DNA from: a virus
Virus genome (UHGV): UHGV-1637942
Length of the DNA stretch: 15,511 bases
Strand: one strand, 5' to 3'
Part shown: positions 1 to 7,598 of the stretch, piece after piece
Numbering within the stretch: position 1 is the stretch's first letter
Layout: every line of letters starts with the position of its first letter
The notes under the pieces: model-generated
What the model saw: the letters and a program-made list of their open reading frames with translations, nothing else
Told to the model about the DNA's origin: nothing
Database searches by the model: none
Position numbers and translations under genes: made by a program

Positions 1-2337
1 AATATTGCTACTGGCGGCTATCCAGTACAGCGCCGTACCAAGATAACGCGCGCTGGTTTCAACCTGCCTGATATCGATAATCCGCTTTTCCGAGAACCAG
101 AACTCAAACTGCACCGTCGGGTCATATACAGCCAGTTTCGGGACCGCTGTTATCTGAAAATACCCTGGTATCAGTTCAATAGTGACAGGCGCTGCCGGTG
201 CCGCAATCCGGAACGATACCGATGCCGGATCGCCCTGCTGCCCCCACGCATTTACCGCCCGGACCGTCAGCGTGTAACGCCCCAGCGCCAGTTGCCTGAA
301 GCGGTATGTGGTTTCCGTCGTCCGGGCCATGCTGACCAGCCGCTCACTGCCGTCGTCCGCTGCCACGGTAAGGCGAAGCAGGAAGCTCACGCCCTTCACC
401 ACCTTCGGCGTGTCCCATCGCGCCAGCACCTGATATTCCCCGCTGTCTGCGGTGACTTCGGCGGTCAGGTGCTGCACCGCTGGCGGCGTGACACCATTCA
501 CCGTGCCGCTCTGGTCGCCGTCAAAGTGCGCCCCGTTATCCACGATGGCTTCTTTTTCCGGTACATGCTGCACGGCGGTGATGGCATACGTACCGTCATC
601 GTTCTCCCGGATACTCACACAGCGGAACAGGCGCTGGCGCAGCGTCGGCAGCTTCAGCCCCCACACGCTGTATTCGGCAACGCCGTCAGGAACCCGGCTC
701 ACTTTCACCTTCACGCCGTCGGTGACGGACTGAACCTCCACGCTCACCGGATTACCCTGCCCGTCAACCAGGCTTATCAGCGTGGTGCCGGAGGATGGCA
801 GCGTGATTTCACGGTCGAGCGTCAGCGTCCGGGTCTGGCTGTTCACCGCCAGCACACGACCACCGGTGCTGATACCGGCATAGTCATCATCACAGATTTC
901 AATGACATCGCCCGGTACATGGCGAAGCCCTTCTGCGCCCACGCTGAAGTCCACGGTCTGCGTTTCCAGCAGTTCCGTTTTAATCAGCCACAGCCCGGCG
1001 CGGTGTGCCTGCCCCCGGCTGGTACAGCCAAAGGCATCCATCTTCGTGACGTTACGACCGTAACGGGCAATGGCCTGCGTATCTTCAACAAGCTCTGTCG
1101 CCGTCTCCCAGCCGTTGTTCGGGTCAATCCAGTTCACCTCAACGGCATTATGGCGGTCCTTCAGGGCGCTGAAGCTGTAGCGGAACGGCGCGCCATCATC
1201 CGGCATCACCACATTACTGCGGTTATAGGTCCACACCTTATCTGATGGTCGGTCCTGCACGAACGTCAGCGTCTGCCCGTTCCATACCGGCATACAGCGC
1301 ATCGCCGAGCAGAAATCACTGAGAACATCCCACGCCTTACGCTGTTGTGCCAGGTACGCATTAAAGGTCATCCGCGGCTCGGTCCCCCCGAAACCATCCG
1401 GGACCGTCTGGTCGCAGTACTGCCCGATGGCATACAGCGCCCACTTGTCCACATCCGCCGCCCCCAGACGTTTTCCCATGCCGTAGCGCGGGTGAGTCAG
1501 CATGTCCCACAGACACCAGGCCGGATTGTTGCTGTATGCCGGTTTCAGACTGCCGTCCCAGATACCACTGTACGTGCGTTTTTCCGGGTCATAGTTTGAC
1601 GGCACCTGGATGATGCGACCGCGGATATGGTAGTTCACCGTCATCTGCTGGCCGCCGAACTGCTCCGCATCCACCTGCAGCCCCACAATGGCCGTGTTCG
1701 GGTAGCACTGTTTCACATCGATGATTTCGGTGTATGACGACCACAGCGTCTTATTCTGCAGCTGGTCCGTGGTGCTGTCCGCCGTCTCCCTGACCATCCG
1801 GATGTTAAAGGGCCGGGGAGGCAGATTATCCAGAATCACCGAGGCCAGGAACTGCGAGGTGGTCTTGCCGTTAATGGTGACATCCTTTTCCGTCACCCAG
1901 CGGCCATTACGCTGTAACTGAATCAGAATCCGGACAGAGGAAGGATTACGGTCGCCCTTTGACGTGGTCTGCACCAGTGACTGCACCCCGAAGGTAACCC
2001 GCAGGCGGTCAATGTTCGCGGACGTAATGGTGCGCGTCACCGGTTTTGCCTTCGTCACTTCCACGCCCAGTCCGGTTTCAGCTCCGGAGGACTCAAAGCC
2101 TTCCGGTGGTGTCTGCTCCTGCTCCCCGGCACGCCAGACCGCGGTCACACCGTGTATCACGGGATTACCGTCCGTGTCCGTCAGCGGGGTTTTGTTCACC
2201 AGAATACTCTGCAGTCCCTTCACCGGACCTTCTATCGGTCCCTCACCAATCGCATCAATCACACTCATCATCTGCGTGGATTTGAGATTATCCTTCGCCT
2301 CACGAGGCGTGTGTGCCTTACCGCCACCTTTTCCCAT
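1..2337 (-). CDS. J: Tail tip attachment / host-specificity protein J (central tail fibre), N-terminal 779 codons; the 3' end lies beyond position 1
   Basis: Minus-strand frame is open from ATG (plus-strand CAT at 2335-2337) to the window edge; it is absent from the ORF track because no stop falls inside the window. My translation starts [39 protein letters not shown] and ends [16 protein letters not shown] at position 1, recognisable as lambda gpJ. SD-like GGGGAAGG lies 6-8 nt upstream. Confidence 0.9.
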   Translation of the reverse strand, partial: MGKGGGKAHTPREAKDNLKSTQMMSVIDAIGEGPIEGPVKGLQSILVNKTPLTDTDGNPVIHGVTAVWRAGEQEQTPPEGFESSGAETGLGVEVTKAKPVTRTITSANIDRLRVTFGVQSLVQTTSKGDRNPSSVRILIQLQRNGRWVTEKDVTINGKTTSQFLASVILDNLPPRPFNIRMVRETADSTTDQLQNKTLWSSYTEIIDVKQCYPNTAIVGLQVDAEQFGGQQMTVNYHIRGRIIQVPSNYDPEKRTYSGIWDGSLKPAYSNNPAWCLWDMLTHPRYGMGKRLGAADVDKWALYAIGQYCDQTVPDGFGGTEPRMTFNAYLAQQRKAWDVLSDFCSAMRCMPVWNGQTLTFVQDRPSDKVWTYNRSNVVMPDDGAPFRYSFSALKDRHNAVEVNWIDPNNGWETATELVEDTQAIARYGRNVTKMDAFGCTSRGQAHRAGLWLIKTELLETQTVDFSVGAEGLRHVPGDVIEICDDDYAGISTGGRVLAVNSQTRTLTLDREITLPSSGTTLISLVDGQGNPVSVEVQSVTDGVKVKVSRVPDGVAEYSVWGLKLPTLRQRLFRCVSIRENDDGTYAITAVQHVPEKEAIVDNGAHFDGDQSGTVNGVTPPAVQHLTAEVTADSGEYQVLARWDTPKVVKGVSFLLRLTVAADDGSERLVSMARTTETTYRFRQLALGRYTLTVRAVNAWGQQGDPASVSFRIAAPAAPVTIELIPGYFQITAVPKLAVYDPTVQFEFWFSEKRIIDIRQVETSARYLGTALYWIAASSNI

Positions 2338-2443
2338 ACAGCCTTCCCCTGAATAAATTAACCGCCACTTGCCATTCCGTACAGAAGTCGGATATCCTTC
2401 GCCCGAAAAGCATGAAACACATTTCTGCCATGCTAAAGAGAAA

Positions 2444-2475
2444 CCCCGGTATCAGCAGATACCGGGGTTTTCTTT
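2444..2475. terminator. Perfect 10-bp inverted repeat CCCCGGTATC / GATACCGGGG with a 4-nt loop, flanked by an A-run upstream and TTTTCTTTC downstream; candidate bidirectional intrinsic terminator or protein-binding palindrome
   Basis: Read directly: aaaCCCCGGTATCagcaGATACCGGGGttttctttc (stem 2444-2453 / 2458-2467). The complementary strand has the same hairpin followed by TTTCTCTTT. Confidence 0.45.
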
Positions 2476-2542
2476 CATGCCCACCGATAATCCTGTTGGT
2501 TAAAACCGGTAATGGCATAAAAATTCTGAATATCTTCACATT

Positions 2543-2570
2543 TTCACACACTGACTGTGGCGCGTATAAT
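2543..2570 (+). promoter_or_regulatory. Sigma70-like promoter on the plus strand: -35 TTCACA (2543-2548), 16-nt spacer, -10 TATAAT (2565-2570), with an AT-rich upstream tract
   Basis: Read directly: atcttcacatTTTCACAcactgactgtggcgcgTATAATttctctgcg. Perfect -10 consensus, 5/6 match at -35, spacer 16 nt. Points away from J and towards the 3' end of I, antisense to the late operon. Confidence 0.5.
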
Positions 2571-2576
2571 TTCTCT

Positions 2577-2680
2577 GCGTTAATTTTTTTGTCGTGATAT
2601 AAGAATAATTCCTTACACTTAATCTTCGTAACTCTCCCGCAGTTCCTGTCCGCGATCACTGCGGGATTTTTTTATTCTTT
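2577..2680 (+). ncRNA. Candidate small non-coding RNA of about 100 nt, antisense to the I-J intercistronic region of the late operon; family unknown
   Basis: Bracketed by the promoter (TSS predicted near 2577) and the intrinsic terminator at 2635-2680. No ATG-initiated ORF in any plus-strand frame in this interval. Contains a C/U-rich stretch (CCUUACACUUAAUCUUCGUAACUCUCCC) before the terminator hairpin. Confidence 0.4.
2635..2680 (+). terminator. Rho-independent terminator on the plus strand: 9-bp stem TCCCGCAGT / ACTGCGGGA, 14-nt loop, then TTTTTTTATTCTTT
   Basis: Read directly: TCCCGCAGTtcctgtccgcgatcACTGCGGGAtttttttattcttt. Lies immediately 3' of the I stop codon on the opposite strand (convergent). 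Confidence 0.55.
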
Positions 2681-3361
2681 TTACCCCTGCCGCCCGATAA
2701 CCACGACCTTTCCGCCCCCGCCTTCATCACGGGTGCTGATGTCCTGGGATATACGGCGGGAGCCAACCAGCATTTCCCCGTAAGGCACCGGCATCGGGTT
2801 CCCCTGGGCAATCATGTTATCCAGCGAGGAAAAGTACGTGTTCTGTCTGCCGTTATCCGTTGCGCGGTAATCCGGTGTTTTTGCCTTCGGGGCCAGCATC
2901 TGGGCCACTCCGCCCAGTATCATGCTGGCACCCAGTGAAAACAGCATCGTGGTGGCAGAAAAACTACCGGCACTCAGGGCTGTACCCCATAACGCCATCG
3001 AGCCTCCGGCCGTGAAGAAAGAGCCCACGATGGCTGCCGCCCCCAGCACAATCTGCAGTCCACCCTTTCCGGCCCCGGCCAGTCGCGGCACAATGTGGAT
3101 GACCGTTCCCTCACCCAGCTGTTCGTGAAGACGGGCGTACACCGCCTCCGGTGCCGTGTCATAACCGGCAATACGTATCTGGTACCAGCCTTCGTTCATC
3201 TGACGGCGAAAGCCCGGCATCTGCATCGACAGGGCGCGAATGGCTTCCGCTGCCGTGTTCACATACAGGCTGAGGCGGCGGCCAAATCGTTGTAAATCCC
3301 CGTGAAGGCAGATGCGTGCCAGTGGCGGTGACGCCAGACTGAATGCGTTCGTCGTTGCCAT
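2681..3361 (-). CDS. I: Tail tip assembly protein I
   Basis: ORF of 226 aa, MATTNAFSLASPPLARICLHGDLQRFGRR...GKVVVIGRQG, recognisable as lambda gpI. ATG at 3359-3361. Its 5' end overlaps the 3' end of K by about 100 nt in another frame, as in lambda. Confidence 0.93.
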   Translation of the reverse strand: MATTNAFSLASPPLARICLHGDLQRFGRRLSLYVNTAAEAIRALSMQMPGFRRQMNEGWYQIRIAGYDTAPEAVYARLHEQLGEGTVIHIVPRLAGAGKGGLQIVLGAAAIVGSFFTAGGSMALWGTALSAGSFSATTMLFSLGASMILGGVAQMLAPKAKTPDYRATDNGRQNTYFSSLDNMIAQGNPMPVPYGEMLVGSRRISQDISTRDEGGGGKVVVIGRQG

Positions 3362-4002
3362 TTTTCGGAATACCTCTCCCGTTTACTCAGTTGTTCAGGC
3401 AGATGGTGAAGCAGCTCACCGTTGCCGCAGTAAATGGCGGCATGGTTCGGTACCGAAGCACCAAAGCAGCACAGCAGAATATCGCCCGCCTGTGCAGAGG
3501 ACAGGGGCACCCGGTAAAAGCCGGTGACCGCCATATTGTCCAGGTAAAGGTTCTGGCCGTTGCGCCACCAGTCATCCTCGCGATGAAAATCCGGCATTTC
3601 AGTCCCCGCCAGATGATAAGCATCCCGGAACAGCGTGTAACAGTCCGTCACCCCGTGCTCAAAGCGCCGTCCTGTCAGATGTGGCACACAGCGGAATTTG
3701 TGAATGTCACCCCGGCAGACCAGCCACCAGGGCAGTGCGCTTTTTATCTGCAGCCGCCGGTCAGCCTCGCTCAGCCAGGGCAGCCCACCGGGATGACTGT
3801 GGACCAGTGCCACAATCTCCCCCTGCATCTCTGCCCGCAGCCAGTCTTCCGGTGCGATACGAAAATACGCCTCCGGCTCTGCAGAAATATTCACACAAGG
3901 GATATACCACTCCCCCTCCGGCGTGCTTATCACGAAGCCGCACGACTCCGCAGGCGCACACCGCCGGGCATGCGCCAGAATCGCTGATTCAGTCTGTGTC
4001 AT
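3259..4002 (-). CDS. K: Tail tip assembly protein K (JAB/MPN metalloprotease-like domain plus NlpC/P60 domain)
   Basis: ORF frame 3259..4263; I place the start at MTQTESAILAHARRC (ATG at 4000-4002), 10 nt after the L stop. Contains HSHPGGLPWLSEAD, which matches the JAMM pattern H-x-H-x7-S-x2-D, and a C-terminal DCYTL...HAAIY Cys/His pair typical of NlpC/P60. The start codon is uncertain (weak SD). Confidence 0.85.
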   Translation of the reverse strand: MTQTESAILAHARRCAPAESCGFVISTPEGEWYIPCVNISAEPEAYFRIAPEDWLRAEMQGEIVALVHSHPGGLPWLSEADRRLQIKSALPWWLVCRGDIHKFRCVPHLTGRRFEHGVTDCYTLFRDAYHLAGTEMPDFHREDDWWRNGQNLYLDNMAVTGFYRVPLSSAQAGDILLCCFGASVPNHAAIYCGNGELLHHLPEQLSKRERYSEKWQRRTHSVWRHRHWHASAFTGIYNDLAAASACM

Positions 4003-4012
4003 AAACCGGGAT

Positions 4013-4711
4013 TTACTGCGAAAGTTTATTAATGGAAAGGAAACCGCCAAAATTGCCGACATTCCTGCGCAGTTCACACCCGCGCATGCACTTGCTGCAT
4101 CTGTCCTTACGGATATCCGTGGTGGGGTTGTCGAACTCATCCGCCACCGCAGGACCGTTATACCCGCATTCATCTCCCCGGTAATCCCACATACAGGTGT
4201 TCGCCAGCATGATGCGACCGGGAAACAGCGCCCCATCCGTCTCGGTCGGTGTGGCCAGCACAAACGAGGCCGTCATGGCTGTCAGCTGCGACATCTGCTC
4301 CACCACCCAGCGGTCACTCAGCTCCTGCTCCGGGTCCGCCTCCGGATTGCCCGCAACGAAATTCACCGCATCCAGAAAACGGGCATACACCCGGCGGCGG
4401 ACCACCGTGGCCCCCACCAGACTCTGCAGGTCTTCCGCCATCCCGGTGACCAGACCGAACAGATTGGACACCGTCAGCGACGGTCTGGCACTGCTGCCCT
4501 TCCCGCTCATCTCAAAACCGCTGCCGTCAATCGGGTATGCCTGATATTGCCGCCCCTGCCAGGTGACCGGCTCCCCTTTTTCATTCAGCTCATTACAGAA
4601 AAAATACCGCTCACCGCCCTGTACCGTCAGGTCGATTTCCCAGAGTACCACCCGCGGTGACTGCTCTGACTTAACCGACTCGTTCAGACTTTCTTCGCGA
4701 ATATCCTGCAT
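4013..4711 (-). CDS. L: Tail tip protein L
   Basis: ORF of 232 aa, MQDIREESLNESVKSEQSPRVVLWEIDLTV..., recognisable as lambda gpL, with a C-terminal cysteine cluster (C-x..EC..RCSKCMRGC). Start overlaps the M stop (TGATG). Confidence 0.93.
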   Translation of the reverse strand: MQDIREESLNESVKSEQSPRVVLWEIDLTVQGGERYFFCNELNEKGEPVTWQGRQYQAYPIDGSGFEMSGKGSSARPSLTVSNLFGLVTGMAEDLQSLVGATVVRRRVYARFLDAVNFVAGNPEADPEQELSDRWVVEQMSQLTAMTASFVLATPTETDGALFPGRIMLANTCMWDYRGDECGYNGPAVADEFDNPTTDIRKDRCSKCMRGCELRRNVGNFGGFLSINKLSQ

Positions 4712-5040
4712 CAGTTCACCACCTGCTTAAACTCCGCGCTGAACTCAACGCGCAACATCCCGACCCGTGCAGACCACCCGGCACAGGTCACCTTTATCTG
4801 CCGGTATGCATAGGGTGGCTTCCACAAAAATGCCTTCCAGCCACCGTGCTCTGCCAGGAACGCTTCCAGATGCCGGGCCTCCTCCCGGGTCACGGAAAGC
4901 GTCACCCTGTATGTTTTCAGGTCAGCATTCAGCCCTGCCGCCATACGCTGTGAGTACCCGTCACCAAAACGCACTTCACGCACCGATGGCTGCGAGTTCA
5001 CCTCCATATCCGGCTTCACTTTCCAGCGAAAGGTTTTCAT
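4711..5040 (-). CDS. M: Tail tip protein M
   Basis: ORF of 109 aa, MKTFRWKVKPDMEVNSQPSVREVRFGDGYS..., recognisable as lambda gpM. ATG overlaps the H stop (ATGA). Confidence 0.93.
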   Translation of the reverse strand: MKTFRWKVKPDMEVNSQPSVREVRFGDGYSQRMAAGLNADLKTYRVTLSVTREEARHLEAFLAEHGGWKAFLWKPPYAYRQIKVTCAGWSARVGMLRVEFSAEFKQVVN

Positions 5041-7598
5041 CCACCGCTCCCTGATAACATACCGCCATCACGCAACTGCAGCCGGAGTTCATCCTGTGCC
5101 CCCTTGCGGGCCATCTCATACACCGCTTTCATCAGCTGCGGCCCTGCCCGCCCGTTGGGGCCGTCGTTCTGAATCACCACGTGATTGTTCTGATTAAAAT
5201 TAATGCCTTCCGCCCGCCGCATCTGCGCCGGACTTCCGGCACCGCCGACATAACCACCTTCCGCATAGCCCCGCATCAGGCGGTACAGGTTCCCGACACC
5301 AATCCGGCTGGTTGCCTCCTTCGTGAAGACAAACTCCCCGCGGTGGACAATCCCCGCTGGCTCATATTTGCCGCCGGTTCCCGTAAATCCTCCGGTCGCA
5401 AAATGGAATTTCGCCGCAGCTGCCTGAATGGCTGTACCGCCTGACGCGGATGCGCCGCCACCAACAGCCCCGCCAATAGCGCTGCCGATACTCCCGACAA
5501 TCCCCACCATTGCCTGCTTAAGCAGAATTTCTGTCATCATGGACAGCACGGAACGGGTGAAGCTGCGCCAGTTCTGCTCACTGCCGGTCAGCATCGCCGC
5601 CATATTCTGTGCAATACCATCAAAGGTCTGCGTGGCAGCACTTTTTACCTGCGACATACTGTCCGTGGCGCTCTCTTCCCACTCACTCCAGCCGGACTTC
5701 AGGCCTGCCATCCAGCTCCCGCGAAGCTGGTCTTCAGCCACCCAGGTCTTTTTCTGCTCTGACATGACGTTATTCAGCGCCAGCGGATTATCGCCATACT
5801 GTTCCTTCAGGCGCTGTTCCGTGGCTTCCCGTTCTGCCTGCCGGTCAGTCAGCCCCCGGCTTTTCGCATCAATGGCGGCCCGTTTTGCCCGTTGCTGCTG
5901 TGCGAATTTATCCGCCTGCTGCGCCAGCGCGTTCAGGTGCTCCTGATACGTAACCTTGTCGCCAAGTGCAGCCAGCTGGCGTTTGTACTCCAGCGTCTCA
6001 TCTTTATGCGCCAGCAGGGATTTCTCCTGTGCAGACAGCTGGCGACGTTGCGCCGCCTCCTCCAGTACCGCGAACTGACTCTCCGCCTTCCACAAATCCC
6101 GGCGCTGCTGGCTGATTTTCTCATTTGCTCCGGCATGCTTCTCCAGCGTCCGGAGTTCTGCCTGAAGCGTCAGCAGGGCAGCATGAGCACTGTCTTCCTG
6201 ACGATCGCCCGCAGACACCTTCACGCCGGACTGTTTCGGCTTTTTCAGCGTCGCTTCATAATCCTTTTTCGCCGCCGCCATCAGCGTGTTGTAATCCGCC
6301 TGCAGGATTTTCCCGTCTTTCAGTGCCTTGTTCAGTTCTTCCTGACGGGCGGTATATTTCTCCAGCGGCGTCTGCAGCCGTTCGTAAGCCTTCTGCGCCT
6401 CTTCGGTATATTTCAGCCGTGACGCTTCGGTATCGCTCTGCTGCTGCGCATTTTTGTCCTGTTGAGTCTGCTGCTCAGCCTTCTTTCGGGCGGCTTCAAG
6501 CGCAAGACGGGCCTTTTCACGATCATCCCAGTAACGCGCCCGCGCTTCATCGTTAACAAAATAATCATCCTTGCGCAGATTCCAGATGTCGTCTGCTTTC
6601 TTAAACGCAGCCTCTGCCTTAATCAGCATCTCCTGCGCGGTATCAGGACGACCAATATCCAGCACCGCATCCCACATGGATTTGAATGCCCGTGCGGTCC
6701 TGTCTGCCCAGGTCTCCAGCGTGCCCATGTTCTCTTTCAGGCGGCGGGTCTGGTCATCAAACCCTTTCGTTGCGGCCTCGTTCGCCGCCTGCAATGCCCC
6801 GGCTTCATCGCCGGAACGCTGCAACTGAGCAACATACGCAATCTGCTCCGCCGTCACGTTATGGAACTGCTTCGCCATCGCAATCAGCCCCGACGTCGGG
6901 TCAGTGGTCAGTTTTCCGAAAGCCTCTGCAACCTTGTCCACCTCCACACCGGATGCAGAAGCAAAACGCGCGACACTCTGGTTGATGGCATCAAACTGTT
7001 CACCACCACGCACACCGGCATTCACCATGGCTGCCAGTGACTCACTCGCCTGGTTAAACGTCAGCCCTGCGGCCTGTCCGGCTCTGGAGAGCGTCAGCAT
7101 GCGATCGGCAGTCAGTCCGGACTGATTACCGGAAAGAACCAGGGTTTTATTAAACGCTGAAAGCGTGGAATCTCCCTGGTACCAGGCGTACACCAGCGCA
7201 CCTGTCGCCACCGCCAGCGAGGTGACCCCGACCATCGGCAGGGTGATCGCACCGGCAAGCCCCCTGAACATGGGGATCATCCCGCCGAAGGAGTCCTTAA
7301 CCTGACCACCCTGTTGCAGCAGGATCAGCCACGGGCTTTGCCCGCCTGCAAGCTGCGTGGCCACGTCGGTGAACTGTGCAGGCAGCATACGCATGGCGGC
7401 TTTATACTGCCCGACGGAAATCCCCGCTTTCTGTGCAGCCAGCGCCTGTCGGTTCATTGACTGTTCAACGACTGCCGCTGTTTTTTTCGCATCACTTTCC
7501 GTACCGGAAAAATGACGCCTGACTCTGGCCATCTGCTCGTCAAATCTGGCCGCATCCAGACTTAAATCAACGACCAGATCGCCTACCGGTTCAGCCAT
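5037..7598 (-). CDS. H: Tail tape measure protein H
   Basis: ORF of 853 aa, MAEPVGDLVVDLSLDAARFDEQ..., with the Ala/Gly-rich hydrophobic segment and coiled-coil-like K/E/Q/A-rich centre of lambda gpH. ATG at 7596-7598 overlaps the end of the T frame by 8 nt. Confidence 0.95.
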   Translation of the reverse strand: MAEPVGDLVVDLSLDAARFDEQMARVRRHFSGTESDAKKTAAVVEQSMNRQALAAQKAGISVGQYKAAMRMLPAQFTDVATQLAGGQSPWLILLQQGGQVKDSFGGMIPMFRGLAGAITLPMVGVTSLAVATGALVYAWYQGDSTLSAFNKTLVLSGNQSGLTADRMLTLSRAGQAAGLTFNQASESLAAMVNAGVRGGEQFDAINQSVARFASASGVEVDKVAEAFGKLTTDPTSGLIAMAKQFHNVTAEQIAYVAQLQRSGDEAGALQAANEAATKGFDDQTRRLKENMGTLETWADRTARAFKSMWDAVLDIGRPDTAQEMLIKAEAAFKKADDIWNLRKDDYFVNDEARARYWDDREKARLALEAARKKAEQQTQQDKNAQQQSDTEASRLKYTEEAQKAYERLQTPLEKYTARQEELNKALKDGKILQADYNTLMAAAKKDYEATLKKPKQSGVKVSAGDRQEDSAHAALLTLQAELRTLEKHAGANEKISQQRRDLWKAESQFAVLEEAAQRRQLSAQEKSLLAHKDETLEYKRQLAALGDKVTYQEHLNALAQQADKFAQQQRAKRAAIDAKSRGLTDRQAEREATEQRLKEQYGDNPLALNNVMSEQKKTWVAEDQLRGSWMAGLKSGWSEWEESATDSMSQVKSAATQTFDGIAQNMAAMLTGSEQNWRSFTRSVLSMMTEILLKQAMVGIVGSIGSAIGGAVGGGASASGGTAIQAAAAKFHFATGGFTGTGGKYEPAGIVHRGEFVFTKEATSRIGVGNLYRLMRGYAEGGYVGGAGSPAQMRRAEGINFNQNNHVVIQNDGPNGRAGPQLMKAVYEMARKGAQDELRLQLRDGGMLSGSGG

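Noticed and set aside
292-2356. Plus-strand ORFs 292..1245 (317 aa), 452..733, 1345..1599, 1721..1921, 1964..2356, 2046..2285 and 2152..2352
   Set aside because: They lie antisense to the continuous J reading frame. Their products are Arg/His/Pro-rich and low in complexity, typical of reverse-strand frames in GC-rich coding DNA, and they have no convincing ribosome-binding sites.
2313-2659. ORFs spanning the I-J spacer: plus 2313..2597 (94 aa) and minus 2318..2659 (113 aa), including a possible 37-aa minus-strand peptide [37 protein letters not shown] (ATG at 2431) that ends 17 nt inside J
   Set aside because: Both start with non-ATG codons inside hairpin stems and read through the palindrome, the promoter and AT-rich spacer. 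No Shine-Dalgarno precedes any internal ATG. The 37-aa peptide is hydrophobic and basic (toxin-like) but starts right after the hairpin with no RBS, so I treat it as chance; ribosome profiling could revive it.
2346-2689. Short direct repeat CCCCTG at both edges of the I-J spacer (2346-2351 and 2684-2689) as a possible insertion target-site duplication
   Set aside because: Six bp is too short to distinguish from chance in GC-rich flanks, and one copy is part of the J Shine-Dalgarno region. It would need comparison with an uninterrupted I-J junction.
4003-4263. N-terminal extension of the K ORF up to 4263 (87 extra codons overlapping L)
   Set aside because: The extension lies entirely within L in another frame and is Arg/Cys/Trp-rich junk. 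The recognisable K sequence starts at MTQTES (4002), right after the L stop.
2922-4660. ORFs antisense to or nested in I, K and L: 2922..3128 +, 2974..3171 -, 3095..3295 +, 3312..3527 +, 3343..3987 +, 3387..3623 -, 3681..4004 +, 3761..3961 -, 3923..4660 +, 4197..4544 +, 4249..4449 +
   Set aside because: They overlap the well-supported I, K and L frames, and their translations are compositionally biased (Arg/Pro/Ala-rich) with no recognisable domains.
4767-7125. Plus-strand ORFs antisense to M and H (4767..5054, 5181..5444, 5428..5946, 5892..6422, 6125..6556, 6462..7040, 6571..6828, 6686..6985, 6904..7125) and minus-strand nested ORFs 5276..5500 and 5933..6136
   Set aside because: They are antisense or out-of-frame within the 853-aa tape-measure gene. 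H is highly biased in sequence (Ala/Gln/Glu-rich), which generates long spurious frames.
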